Part shown: one piece after another, positions 1 through 13,066 of the stretch
Numbering within the stretch: position 1 is the first letter of the stretch
Layout: each line of letters begins with the position of its first letter
Origin: the human T2T-CHM13v2.0 reference genome, Homo sapiens
Assembly: GCF_009914755.1 (NCBI RefSeq)
Contig: NC_060931.1
Direction: 5' to 3' (one strand)
Length of the DNA stretch: 64,000 bases
Position numbers and translations under genes: made by a program
The notes under the pieces: generated by a model
What the model saw: only the letters and a program-made list of their open reading frames with translations
Databases searched by the model: none
Told to the model about the DNA's origin: nothing

Positions 1-135
1 CTTGGTAATCATGTTTACATGGACAGTAAGGAAAATAAGCAAGGGGAATGGCTGATGCGAATTCCAATATTTTTCTGTGGAAAGACCAGGTACATGGAAG
101 GAAACAGAGAATTCTTTAGCAGAAAAAGAATGTAT

Positions 136-580
136 CTCTCTAATGCCCAGTGATGATGAGCTTTTTTTCATGTTTGTTGGCTGCATAAATGTCTATGCAG
201 CCATAAAACAAATGAGTTCATGTCCTTTGCAGGGACATGGATGAAGCTGGAAGCCATCATTCTCAGCAAACTAACACAAGAACAGAAAACCAAACACCAC
301 ATGTTCTCATTCATAAGTGGGAGTTGAACAATAAGAACACATGGACACCGGGAGGGGAACATCACACACTGGGGCCTGTCGGGGGATGGGAGGCAAGGGG
401 AGGGAGAGCATTAGGACAAATCCCTAATGCATGCAGGGCTTAAAACCTAGATGACAGATTGATGGGTACAGCAAACCAGCATGGCACATGTATACCTATG
501 TAACAAACCTGCACATTCTGTACATGTCCCAGAACTTAAAGTAAAATTTAAAAATAAAATAATAAAAAATTTCACCTAAA
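136..580 (+). mobile_element. 5'-truncated L1PA 3' end with 5' inversion
   Basis: L1 ORF2 end, 3'UTR and A-rich tail at 196-580 (+). Antisense L1 piece at ~136-195. TSD aaaaagaatgtat at 123-135 and 581-593. Confidence 0.9.
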
Positions 581-1118
581 AAAAAGAATGTATTTCATTT
601 TCAAAATATTGAATTTGGGGTTAAAGTTTGGCATAAAAACATCCATGTGGAAAGGTCCAGCCCAAGCTAAAAATATAAGTTTAGAACTCAGAAGATACAT
701 GAAGCATAAAGACGTAAATTCAGTAGGAAGCTGTGTCAGAAAGCAGAAATGATGGGGACCTGCCAGACCAAGGCTTAGACCAGTGAGGAAGGAGCCCCTG
801 GGATGGCAGGTTGGTGCCTGCCTTCCATTCGGGTCTGCAGCAGCAGGAGAGAAAGGTGAAGAGCCTGGATGGAGGGGCAGGAGGCGAAGGAGAGCAGGTC
901 CTGGAATCAGGAAAGGGGAACAGCTCCTGTTGCCTTCATCACGTGCTGCAGGCTGGAAATCAGAAAGATGCCACGTGTTTGGTAGATAAGGGTTAGCTGG
1001 GAGAACTCATTTTGAGAATGCTAGGAGTATATTGCAGTGGGTTAAAAGTGAATAGAAAGTGAGCCAGTGAAGCAGTGTAGACTTTGCTTGTGAAGGGCCA
1101 TGATAGTTACAAGAAGGA

Positions 1119-1280
1119 GGCTGGGTGCAGTGTCTCATGCCTGTAATCCAAGCATTTGGGAGGCCGAGGCAGGAGAATCACTTGAGCATGGGAGGCAGTG
1201 GTTGCGGTGAGCCAAGATTGCACCACTGCACTCCAGCCTGGGCAACAGAACGAGACTCTGTCTCAAGAAAAAAAAAAAAA
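1119..1280 (+). mobile_element. Monomeric Alu (left-arm start fused to AluS-type right arm)
   Basis: ggctgggtgcagtg...gggaggccgaggc runs directly into aggagaatcacttga...gagactctgtctc and polyA. gaaggag on both flanks. Confidence 0.85.
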
Positions 1281-1494
1281 GGAAGGAGCAGTTCCAAGGG
1301 AATATGGCCAGAGGTTTTTTGTTTGTTTTGTTTGTTTGTTTGTTTTCAATGAGGGAGATTTGAGTTATATTCTACAGAATTAGAAGAAGTAATAGGGGAG
1401 AATGAGTGGTTAGAAATGTAAGGCACAGTGGAGAAGTTGTTAAAGTTCAACAAGAAGCAGGAGGGTATGAGCTTAGTCTTGCAAAGGAAGATGG

Positions 1495-1887
1495 CAGTTT
1501 CAAAACGTCAGCCGGATTCAATTTAAAGCTTAATTAAGCAGTGAACAATTTGCAAATTGGGCAGCCTCCTGAGCCACAATAGGCTCTGAGACTCCAGTGC
1601 AGCCCCATGGTGGTAGAAGATTTATGGACAGAAAAAGGAAAGTGATGTACAGAAAACAGAAGTGAGGGACAGAAACAGCTGGATTCGTTACAGCTCAGCA
1701 TTCACCTTATTTGAACATGCTTCAAACAATTGGCTACGTTTGATTAGCCAAAACTTGGTGATTGGCGCAAGAGTAGGTTATGGTCTGTTTACACCTCCAC
1801 TGGTTATAATTCACAATGTGCAGAGAAACCTTTAGGCTGAACTTAAAACATGTAAGGAGGCAGCTTTAGGCTAAACGTGACTTAACG
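1495..1887 (-). mobile_element. MER57-family ERV1 solo LTR
   Basis: Reverse complement begins gttaagtcacgtttagcctaaagctgcctccttacatgttttaagttcagcctaaaggtttctc, matching the MER57 5' end as I recall it. Left boundary approximate. Confidence 0.75.
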
Positions 1888-1949
1888 GTAGCTTCTTTGT
1901 AGGAGAGGAAGGATGGAGGAGAGGCCTGACTTAGGGCACTTGACCTAGG

Positions 1950-2400
1950 AAGGAAGAGTAGAAGATGGATTTGAGAAAGACTTAGAAAGTTACTGATTAG
2001 AAATTGGGCGCTATTTGATTGAATTGGAGTAGGGGAAGCAAGGGGTCAAAGAATGGAGGGAAGGAAAACTACATTTTCAACTCAGCTTACTGAGTGCATG
2101 ATGGAGCTACCAACTGAGATAGGGATTATCAAAAGGGAGCAAGGTTTGGGGGCTGCTGAAGAGTTTATTCTGGAGCAAATTGAGTTTTTGGTGCCTGTGA
2201 GACATAGGATGCAGTCATCTGATATATTGGTCTGTAGCTGGACCTGTGGGAGTTACTGATATTTAGGTAATTTAGGTTACGGTTTAAAATCTCAAGAATG
2301 GAAGATTTCATAGGGGAGGAGGATGTAAAGGGAGTAGATGAGTGGCCAAAGAAAAAACTCAGTGTCCACGATGGTACAGAGAAAGAAAAGACCTTAGAAA
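1950..2400 (-). mobile_element. L2 LINE relic
   Basis: Degenerate L2-type motifs (gagtttattctggagcaaattgagtttttggtgcctgtgagacat). Boundaries approximate. Confidence 0.55.
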
Positions 2401-2805
2401 TCTAAAGTATGGGTCCATCGGAGAGAAGGAGGGGAGAGGGTAGAAATTTCCTGACTAGAGGGAAATTTTAGAGAGATAAGAAGCAGACCAAATATGAACT
2501 CACCCTGTGACAAATCCTCAACTGCTTTCTAAAAAATTATTGAATGCCAATGTCAACTATTTTGTGTGTAATATATTAAAAAAATAATTTGCTGAAACTG
2601 TTTTTCCATCTTGTGGATAGTGTTTTGGGAAATAAGTTCTCCTTTATTCATTTTCCAGGAGAGATATTAATGTAATGCTATAGGATGAGACTAAAATAAC
2701 TCATATTCATGAACTTCTAAAAAATGGCACTCTTAGAAAAATAACTGAAAGCAGCCTTACTAATTTCCAATCTTTGTATTTTTTATGATCAGAAATATTT
2801 AGTCT

Positions 2806-3133
2806 ATTTTATTTTTTATTTTTATTTTTATTTATTTATTCATTTAGTTTTTGAGATGAAGTCTCGCTCTGTGGCCCAGGCTGAAGTGCAAGGGCATGAC
2901 CTCAGTTCACTGCAACCTCCGCCTCCTGGGTTCAAGTGATTCTTCCACCTCAGCCTCCGGAGTAGCTGCGATTACAGGCACCCGCCATCCTGCCTGGCTA
3001 ATTTTTGTATTTTTGTAGAGATGGAGTTTCACCATGTTGACTAGGCTGGTCTTGAACTCCTGACCTCAGGTGATCCACCCGCCTCAGCCTCCCAAAGTGC
3101 TGGGATTACAGGCGTGAGCCACCACTCCTGGCC
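2806..3133 (-). mobile_element. AluS
   Basis: Full dimer in antisense with a (TTTTA)-type tail. Confidence 0.95.
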
Positions 3134-3600
3134 TAGAGTCTATTATTTTAAAGAAAGAAACATAAATACAACATTGACCACAGAAAAAGAAAAAGACTTT
3201 ATCTCTCTAAGGAACAAATTCTTTCAGTGAGATGCAGCTTTCTTAGTGCCTTTCTAGATAAAACATTGTACAAATGAAAACGCTTCAATTTGCACTCTTT
3301 AAACAGTCATTCCCTTTGTGCCTGCAGTTCTTTTGGCTTGATGTTGAGGAAGATTTTGTGGAAGACAATGATATTTTATTGCTTCATCTTGGAGCAAGGA
3401 GAAAATTGTTTCTCTTCTTCCCACTTCCCCATTTTTTAAGAGTAGTGCTCGAGTCACACTTGCACTTCCACGCTGAAGCCTTCTATTTGTATCAACAGTG
3501 TGTTCTGGAATGCCACTTTCACATTCCCACACTTGGCAGACCCAGCTTCTCAGGTTTTCTCTATTTCTTGACTTTATTCATTTTTGTTTCAGCCTTTCTT

Positions 3601-4081
3601 TTTTTTTTCTTTTTTTTTTTTAATTATACTTTAAGTTTTAGGGTACATGTGCACAACATGCAGGTTTATATCATATGTATACATGTGCCATGTTGGTGTG
3701 CTGCACCCATTAACTTGTCATTTACATTAGGTATATCTCCTAATGCTATCCCTCCCCCCTCCCCCCACCCCACAACAGTCCCTGGTGTGTGATTTTCCCC
3801 TTCCTGAGTCCATGTGTTCTCATTGTTCAATTCCCACCTATGAGTCAGAACATGCGGTGTTTGGTTTTTTGTCCTTGCGCTAGTTTGCTGAGAATGATGG
3901 TTTCCACCTTCATCCATGTCCCTACAAAGGACATGAACTCATCATTTTTTATGGCTGCATAGTATTCCATGGTGTATATGTGCCACATTTTCTTAATCCA
4001 GTCTATCATTGTTGGATATTTGGGTTGGTTCCTACCCAAAGGATTATAAATCATGCTGCTACAAAGACACATGCACATGTA
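3601..4081 (-). mobile_element. Young 5'-truncated L1PA with 5' inversion
   Basis: polyT plus antisense L1 3'UTR/ORF2 end at 3601-4032, then a sense piece 4033-4081 (YPKDYKSCCYKDTCTCM). 16-bp TSD tgtttcagcctttctt at 3585-3600 and 4082-4097. Confidence 0.95.
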
Positions 4082-4194
4082 TGTTTCAGCCTTTCTTATA
4101 GGCGATTCCATTTTCCAGATATTCTATTCTAGTCCCCATGCATACATTTTGGTTTTGATTTGGTTTGGTTTGGGGGTTTCTTGCCTAACGGTAC

Positions 4195-4329
4195 AGACGA
4201 ACAATTAAAAGCAGTTCTCTCCTCCTCCTCCTCCTCTTCTTCCTCCTCCTCCTCCTCTTCCTCCTCTTCCCCTTCTCCTTCTCCTTCGTCTCCTTCTTCT
4301 CCTTCTTCTTCCTTCTTCTCTTTCTTCTT
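4195..4329. repeat. (TCC/TCT)n polypyrimidine tract
   Basis: ~135 nt of pyrimidines with a single G. Confidence 0.95.
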
Positions 4330-4689
4330 GCCATGGCCTTGATAGGGTTATTTTAATTGCTCTCCCCGTTTCTTATGAGCACCACTTAAAAGATATCCAC
4401 AGAGCTGAATTGCAGGGGTGTGTAGTGGTATATTCAAAGATGAATGTAAAGATGTAACTCTAGGTGTTTGTTTTGGGGATGGCATAACCAGGGAATGAAT
4501 TTAAATCACTGTTTCTAGATGGATTAAAGCAATGGACCTTCAACCAGGAAAGATGGCAGCTATTCTTACTTTGCATATTTATTATATTTGTTGCTATACT
4601 GAAATTTTCAGCTGACAACAGCGAACACGGACTTCTGACTTGAGAGTTACGAGATACAAGCTTGGTTCAGGCAATTTCCAAGGGATTGT

Positions 4690-4870
4690 TTAGAGAGAGA
4701 CAGAACTCAGGTCAAATCCCGCTTGACTTTAACTTAAATTCCTTAAGATTTTATTTTCCTACCTGTACAAATAGGACAATAATATCTGCCTCATAAAGAC
4801 TAAATGAGTTCTTGCATGGTAAGGAGCTGTCAGAGTACCTAATATGTGGTACGTGCTCCATAAATGCCAC
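4690..4870 (+). mobile_element. MIR SINE
   Basis: MIR-core-like ttttcctacctgtacaaataggacaataatatctgcctcata ... gtgctccataaatg. Confidence 0.6.
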
Positions 4871-5142
4871 CCACCCCCACCACCCACTTCAGCTCACCAC
4901 TGTCACCATCTCTGGGACTTGGCTTGGCTGAAGTAATATCAAAGGCTTCCTCTGAGTGCTTCAGTCTGTGAGTGGTCCTCTCCCAGCCCCTCACCACCTC
5001 TGTCCTGATACTATTTTAACAAGGAATTTATCTGTTTGCTTTAGAAGTTGCTGGAAGTTTACAAAGAAGAAACCCAGTAGTTCAGAAGAAACGTATCTAA
5101 ATCTGATTTTAAAATTATCTGTTTTCTCTGGATTTAAACTAG

Positions 5143-5612
5143 CTATATTACTTACCTATTGCTGTATAAGAAATTACCCCAAACTCAGTGGCTTAAGACA
5201 GCCAACATTTAATCTTGCAGTCACTGTGGGTCAGGAACTCGAGAACATCTTAGCTGTGTGGCTCTGGCTCAGGGTCCCTCATGAGGCCAGCATCAAGACA
5301 TTAGCCAGGGTTGCAGTCATCCGAAGGCTTGACCGGAGATGGGGAACCCATTTCCACATCCACTCACATGGCTTCTGGCAAGAGGCAGTCTAACGGGTAT
5401 GAGCCTCAGACTCTCCATGGGGCTGCTTGAGTGTCCTCACAACATGGCAGCCAGCTTCCTCAGAGCAAGTGATATGAAAGACAGCAAGAAGGAAGCCACG
5501 ATACCTCTTATAAGCTGGCTGCAGAAGCCTAACACCCTCACTGCTACTGTATTCTGTTCATGAGGGTCACTAAGTCAGCCAACACTAAAGGGTACAGAAT
5601 TAGGTTCCATCT
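5143..5612 (-). mobile_element. MLT1 (ERVL-MaLR) LTR, older subfamily
   Basis: ctattgctgtataagaaattaccccaaactcagtggcttaa...ctgtgggtcaggaa...gtgtcctcacaacatggcagc pattern. Confidence 0.75.
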
Positions 5613-7418
5613 CTTCTCTTCTCTCTCCTCCTCTCCTCTTCCCCCTTTCTCTTTCCTTTATCCTCTTCTTCTCTTTCTGTGCCTCAGTTTCTTACCTGAC
5701 CAAAGGTAACTTCTGCCCCCTAGGGATGCTATGAAAACAAAGTGAGATCAATCATATGAAAAGGCGGTTTTGGAGGGAGAGTTCAGAAACTCTATATAAT
5801 ATACCATATACCATAACCATGGAAACCTGAGATCAGCTCTGTCTAGCTTCCTGCTCTTGCATCTGAAGAAGCCGTTCCAGCTCACACAGGCATGGCTTAG
5901 TCACAGTGCAGCATGGGGTCCTTTAATGGGTCCTCTCTGAGCGGTGACCTGCTCAGGACACAGGAGCCAGCACCAGGCCCTTCCTTCCTTCTCCTGGGCA
6001 AGCAGCACCACTCATCCCGGCAGAAATAGAAAAAGGAGTTAAGTTCCTGTGTTCCTTATTAGATTGCTGTAGCAGCTCCATAAAGCTCTCCTAGACAGTC
6101 CTGTCTGTTAGTGGCTGTTTCTTTATGACTAAAGCAGCACTTTCCCATCTGCTGCCCTCAAAGCAAGGGGCCCCGGGCCGCATATTTCTGGTTCAGGAGT
6201 CTCAAGATCTCTGAAAGCACCAGATTGTTGGGATTTAAGTGCTGTTGTTTATTTTTATATCTGGGTCCTGTTCCTCCAAATAACTCCAAGACCATTGTGA
6301 TTTTCGAGAAGTTAATTCAGTGGTGCAGGCTAGGTAGGGAATGGTGGTATTAGCAAATCCTACCTGTTTTCTTTGCAAGCTCATTTCCATCATTGGTCCT
6401 CCAAATGCATTTCCCTGTTCAAAGTACTCTACCTTGGATATGTCTGCCTTTGCCTCCACGTCCCTCACCTATTATCTTTAGAAAGGTGGTTTTAAATGTT
6501 GGTCACTGAACATTTAGCCACATAGGGCACCAGCTCTCAGAGGTTTCACAAGTAAAGGAAAGGGTTGGGGGAAATGAAATATGGTTCAACGCAACAGAGT
6601 AACCCACATATTCCGTATGTTCGACAAGGTCTCTACCCAGGAGGCTGGCGATGAAGGATGCTAACATTTCTTGAACCGCCATCTTCTCCCTTCTTTTGGG
6701 TAACCCTCGAATTCTGCTTATGGTTATCTATGGATTGTGGAGTCATTTCCTGGCTCAGGAGGTTAAGAAAGGCGTCCGAGATTTGAGGGTTACAGGAGTT
6801 TGGAAGCACTGTTTTTCTGGTTTTCTGTTACCTCCATTTTAAAGCCGTGATACTTCCAACTGCCCTTTTTTCAGTAAGTTCTTGTTGACTACTCTCTTGA
6901 AACCAAAAGATGCATATCCCGTTGTACAGGGGGTCAAAAGTGTGCCCAATTAAGCCTGCCTTGACTTCAATATTGCAACTCACTGAAGACACACAGTGGA
7001 ATTTCTGGTGGACCCCTTCCCATAACCCACAGGGAACTCTAGCCGTACATGGGTCTTACTGACCCGTTGGGTCTAGCTGACGGTGCCTGATGGTCTCCAA
7101 TGACCAAGGTGTCCTCATTAGTTCTGTGCTATATTTAGTTAAGCCTGAAATCTGTGCCCCTAATTTAATCACACACCAGGTAGCCATGGAGATGACATCA
7201 AGCCTCTGGCTGCCCTATAAACCATTGCAAATGCTGAAAATAAAATAAACAGGATATGCAAATTGACTTCCTAAGTAAATAAAAGACTTTGTCTCCAGGT
7301 GTTGGGATTAGCTGCTTTTGGTTCACTGATGTTTGTTAGGATTCACAGTGATTTGAAAAATATCATCGTAACAGCCTTTGTCTCAATGCCTACCTTTTTT
7401 CCTTTTTGTCTGTTGCAG

Positions 7419-7471
7419 ATATATCAACACTCGTATACTGGATATTACGTCCTGAGCAAAATTCCTCATGG
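7419..7471 (+). CDS. DPP6: DPP6 internal coding exon (53 nt, phase 0 to 2; probably exon 6 of the long isoform), beta-propeller region
   Basis: Branch-like ctcaat at ~7382-7387, polypyrimidine tract and tgcag acceptor ending 7418, donor gtaaga at 7472. Translates IYQHSYTGYYVLSKIPH+GG, which I recognise as human DPP6 and which joins in frame to the exon at 38071. Exon number is from memory. Confidence 0.96.
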
Positions 7472-9577
7472 GTAAGAGTGTTCTTTTCTTTCTTTTAATT
7501 AGAAATATGCAGGGCAAAGTGAAGGGTAGAACATGGACGAGCTGTTTAACCCTTAGGGCGGGAAATGGCGTTCCAGTTCTCACAGCCAAGGGTGCTGGTA
7601 TCGTGGCACCTCTGGGACTCTCCCTAGATAATGACACTAAGGATGTCAGGGGGTCACTTGAGTCCACTCACTTCCCCATTTGTGAAGCCCCCTTCCTAGA
7701 GCAACTCTGCCCTCTTCCTGTGCTGGTTCCTGCAGTTGACCCTGGAGGTTCTTCAGAGCCGGACATTCCCCTCTGCTTTGTAATCACCTGCAGCCTCCTC
7801 TCAGGCAAGGTGAGGTGGCCCTTGGCCTCCCACGAGGGTTCCTGGTTATACCCACACTAGCAGAATAGAAGCCTCTCTCAGCCCACCACATGTCATCAGA
7901 GACAAATCTGGAACATATCTATGGGATTACGGTAAACTACTCTGGTCAGACATTCAGCAGTGCATTGGGAATGGGTTGGGCAAGTGGTATTAGTGCTGCT
8001 CTACCCATCACTCCGAGGGGGTTTCAGCGGCGTGTTGTTCTTGTTTTATTGTCCTTTCTGAGCTTGGCTGTGCTCCCAGGGCCGGGTTTCAGTGCCTGCT
8101 TTTGACTGGGCCCCCCGGCTTCATTCTTTCATGACCTCACATTGCACTGCTAACCTCATCTGGTCTCTCAATAATGTATTGTCCAGAGCAGGAGCGAGTT
8201 TAGTTTTCAGTGCTGGGCAGGCGTCCCCCACACGACCCTCAGATGCCTGATCAGCTTCACCTTTGGAACCCAGAGCAGAAAAGACATTGGTTAGGGTTTG
8301 GTGAAACCACATGTTGAGTCAGACACAGATGAAAAATGGTTGCAGAACTAGGAAAGTCTGTCGAGGAGAATTTTTTGTTGTTTTATCTTCATTATTTCTT
8401 CGTCTCCTCTTCCCTCCTCCTTCCCTCCCCTATTCTCATTCCCTTCTCCTGGCCTTCCTGTTCCCCACCTCATGTTTCTCTTTCCTGTCTTCTGTGGTTT
8501 CTACTGTCATGCTTTGCAAAGGTGAGGTGCTCAGGAAAGGTTGATAAAGAAACTGAATTGTGCTGCAGATAGTGTCATGTAGGCTCCTGTGAATATCTAG
8601 GTTGAGGCATCCTCATTTCCCAAGCAAATTTTAACAGCAGGAGTGGCTAGAAAGCATTTTTCCATAGGTGAGCATTAATCACAGCATGAGCGTTTATAGC
8701 TGCTGCTCTCTGTTTTCTACTCAGCTTAGAATACAGGCAAGTCCTTGGAAAACAAACTCGAATAAACTAATTTAATGTGGGCTTTAGACAAAGGGAAGAC
8801 GCATGTGGATCTTCAGCAAATTGTGACCAATAGTTTCTGTTAGATTATTAGAAAAGTGAAGCCCAAAGAAAGCAAAGATGGCCCAAGTTGCAAAAATAAA
8901 GTATTCATACAAATTTTTCATTAAAAGTATGTTTTAAATAGAAACCCAAATATTCTTCAGTAAAGAGGAATTATCCCATTCTTTCCCAAGCAGATATATA
9001 TCTTCAGAGGTCATGGCAGGCAGGACTATAATTATGCCTTGAGATTTATCTGCCCCTTCTGGGAACAATAGAATTTGTTGTAGATGATAGATATTTCGTT
9101 CCATCTTATATCAATTTGTAAAACTCGAAACTCTAAAAGCAGTTGATGCCTAACGTATTGTGTTAATATTTTACTGCATCAGTCAGCATTTGGAGGAAAC
9201 AGATTCTAGGAACTTGGCACAGGAGTTTGCTGAACAAGCTAGCAAAGCTCAGGCCATGATAGTCTGTGTTGAAGGCTCGGCTTCTGCACTTAGATACCTG
9301 GAGCCTGGTGATGATCTGCCTTATAGATGACCCCAACACGGAGGGAGCTGCTTCTGGTGTCTTTAATGGAATCAGAGCAAGAATAATGCCCCTGGTTTAT
9401 TGGTTAGCTTTCATATACCTTTATCCCTGTTCAACAACCTGCAAGAAAAGCATCCTTATTTCCATTTTAAGTGAGAGCTCCAAGAGGTCATCACCTTCCC
9501 CTCACCTCCTAGCTACTGTATGCTTGAGTCTCAGCGTAAGTCAGGCTGACTCGAAATCCCATGCTAGTAAAAAAACT

Positions 9578-9868
9578 CGTGGCTCACACCTGTAATCCCA
9601 ACACTCCGGGAGGCCAAGGTGGGCAGATCACTTGAGGTCAGGAGTTTGAGACCAGCCTAGCCAACATGGTGAAACCCCATCTCTACTAAAAATACAAAAA
9701 TTAGCCAGGCATGGTGGTGCACACCTCTAGTCCCAGCTACTCAGGAGGCTGAGGCAGGAGAATCGCTTGAACCTGGGAGGCTAGAGGTTGCAGTGAGCTG
9801 AGATTGCACCACTGCACTCCAGCCTAGGTGACAGAGTGAGACTCTGTCAAACAAAAACAAAAACAACA
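9578..9868 (+). mobile_element. AluS (first bases missing)
   Basis: Dimeric Alu with (CAAAA) tail. Confidence 0.95.
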
Positions 9869-10265
9869 ATTGGGATTAATTCAAAGGTCACAATGCAGAG
9901 AACAAACGTGATAGCTATAAAGATGAGATTTTTTAGTGACATACTACTTTCTCTTCCTAGGGTTCTTATAGGATTGAAAGATGTAGCAAGTACATTTATT
10001 GGAAAACAACCTCTGGGGGTGCCAAAGTCAGTGTCCCACCCTGTCACCATGTCACTGAACACAGCGCCCCTGAAGCGGCGTTGCTCAACCTGCTCAATTC
10101 TTCCTCTTTGTCATAAGGCCATTGATGAGAAATTAGCCAATTAATTCATTGCAAATATTGTCAGAGTCTTATTTGTCTTAATGAGACAGTGGATCTCTGA
10201 GCGGTATCTCCGTAGGCCTGGAGCTTCGTGACCCCTTGGTCATCACTGTCACCGGTGTGCGTGCT

Positions 10266-10279
10266 CCACCAGGTGGCAG
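10266..10279 (+). promoter_or_regulatory. Candidate CTCF site
   Basis: CCACCAGGTGGCAG fits the CTCF core consensus, in non-repeat DNA with locally retained CpGs. Confidence 0.45.
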
Positions 10280-11889
10280 AAAAAGAACACAGCCCGGAGC
10301 TCTAAGTCTGAGGATCTAGGTGGGTTTTGGATAGGGAGGAAAGCACAATTGTCTTTTAAAAATAAAAATGTCCCTACTAAAATATTTGAATATACATTAT
10401 TCATGTAGAAGAAAACTAAGAGATTTTCTTAATTTAGAAAACACATATCTGTACCTTTTTCACTAATTCTCATCTTTCCTTTCCTCGCTCCTCCCTCTAA
10501 ATTAAAGCCAGAGGCCGTGCAATCTTCAGGATGGTTTTGTCATTTATAGCTTGATTTTTTTTTCTTAGCTTCAGTCTTTGCAACCAGCCAGAGAAAATGG
10601 TCTAATTAATGTTCTCATGCCCTCTGATTTCTGTTGTCCTTCCTTTTGGCAAATGGCAAAAGAGTTTCAGGACGGACTACCCCTTTCCCATCCCCCTCTC
10701 ACTCCCCAGTCCCCGCTGTTAGCTTCCTTCCTCCGATGGCTGTGACCTCTATAGCTGGGGCCAGGTAGAGTTCTTTCTGTGTGGAAGGTGGGAGTTGCAA
10801 TGAGACTCCCAAGACAGCTGAATTTTGATATAATCAAAAATCTATTACCTAAGGGTAGGTTTGTTTGACTTTGACATACCAAGCTTCCAAAAATTGTATT
10901 CTTAAATTGTATCCTAAAAGGACATATGCCTTTTACAACAAATCTATATTTTAGCGGAACTAAAGCTAGTTATTTTTAACATAAAGCATTTCACTAGAAG
11001 TTTTTATATCAGAATTTTAATAAAATAAGGAATCTTCCATGGTGGAGTCAAGGATCTGTTAGGTGTTTCCATATAAGTATTTTTGTAGACTTGGCTACTG
11101 CATGACATTTTCCTGGCATGACTTCTTTTTCTAGAATTAGTTTTGTCTTTATATTTTTTAGGGTCTAAAGCCAAAGGCAAAATTATCTATATTTATGTCT
11201 ATTATCTATCTACCTAGCTTTCTATCTATCTATACACACACATATACATAATACACACTTTTAATAATAGTAATAATATATTTCTAAAATGTAGTCTCAT
11301 ATCCAATAGGATTGTTCTGAAAGACATATGGACTTTTTTCTATAACCGAAATCAATTTGAAGAAAAATTGGTCCTATCACTTTATTATGTAATGTTGGCA
11401 ATTAGGGGTCTGGCAAACTCAGAACTGTAATAGAATAGAAACTGCTGGGTGTTCAAAGGCATTTTTTTACGTGACTGGCCATGTTCTGTGGATATTGTTG
11501 CTCTAACTTTGCTTACCTACTCGTAATTTTCAGGCACCAAACAAAACTGTGAAAAAATTGTGTTCCTTTAGAATTGTAGTTGACTTTTTAAAGCCATATT
11601 CTGTATCTGTGGAAATAGGAAACTGAGACATCACTTCCTTCTACCTGGAACTGCTCTCTAAGTTTATAGACTGAGATCCAGAGGAGCATTCTGTTTATTT
11701 GGGAAGTAGATATCTAGGTCGAGAATGTACAGTGCCCAGTGCCAGCCTAATAGCATCATGCCAGGCAGTGACTTAGACCCTGCAGCCACATAGACCTGAA
11801 CTTGAACCCATCGTGCTGCTGACTTCTGGTTGTGTGACCTTGAGAGTTGTTCTACTTCCATAGGTCTTAGGATCCATATAAGAAGATCA

Positions 11890-12234
<345 letters not shown>

Positions 12235-12254
12235 TTAGAAGAATTAAATGGAAT

Positions 12255-12506
12255 GGCTGGGTGTGGTGGCTCACGCCTGTAATCCCAGCACTGTGGGAGG
12301 CTGATGTGGGTGGATCACTTGAGTTCGAGACCAGCCTGGCCAACATGGTGAAACCCCATGTCTACTAAAAATACAAAACTTGGCCGGGCTTAGTGAGGCT
12401 GAGGCACAAGAATCACTTAAACCTGGGAGTCGGAGGTTGCAGTGAGCTGAGATTGTGCCACTGCACTCCAGCCTGGGTGGGAGAGCGAGACTCCATCTCA
12501 AAAAAA
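12255..12506 (+). mobile_element. AluS with internal deletions, in the same MIR
   Basis: TSD aagaattaa(a/g)tggaat. Short deletions in both arms. Confidence 0.92.
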
Positions 12507-13066
12507 GAATTAAGTGGAATGATATATGCAAAACACCCAGCAAAGAATTTTGCATCTAGTGAGTGATTAGTTAATATTGTAGTATGTACCCAATATATAT
12601 TTGTAGTCTTATAATTAAATATTATCAGACTTTAGTTTCTAGCCATCTTGAAAATCTTTTCTGTTACAAATGAAGGAATAATATAATCCTAAAATCATAC
12701 AATTCTCTTTAATAATTTTTCTAAGCTGAGGCTTGTTTCATGACACTCAGGTAATTATAATGTCTTTGTAATTTTAATTTCCCTCTTAAAAGAAGTATCT
12801 ATGGCCTCAACTGTCTACAATTCTCAATACTCAATAATTTTTTTTATCTCATCTCATTCTGACCTTCTGCAATTAACTTTCCAGCATTCTTGTTTTGCCT
12901 CCAATGGAAGCAGAAAAGATACTGTGTCAGCAAATACTTATTGAAATACTGTCTGGAGCAATGAAAGCATGGTTGCTATCCTTAAGAAATTAAAAATCTT
13001 GTTGCAAAGGAAAGATACAGACTTATATAATAAAATGTTATAAAGTCTGTTAAGTGAGTAATTTCC

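Noticed and set aside
3274-3792. 172-aa hydrophobic ORF
   Set aside because: Runs through the polyT and antisense 3'UTR of an L1, so it is a compositional artefact.
4195-4340. Minus-strand ATG followed by Glu/Lys/Arg-rich codons, resembling a pseudogene acidic tail
   Set aside because: Simple repeat only, and the flanks translate to nothing I recognise.
6365-6470. Minus-strand exon-like ORF (VRDVEAKADISKVEYF...)
   Set aside because: Poor acceptor tract, no recognisable homology and no partner exons.
8655-8673. Recursive-splice-like YAG/GTGAG motif (also at 58931-58940)
   Set aside because: Pyrimidine tract short or absent with upstream AGs. Expected by chance in 64 kb.
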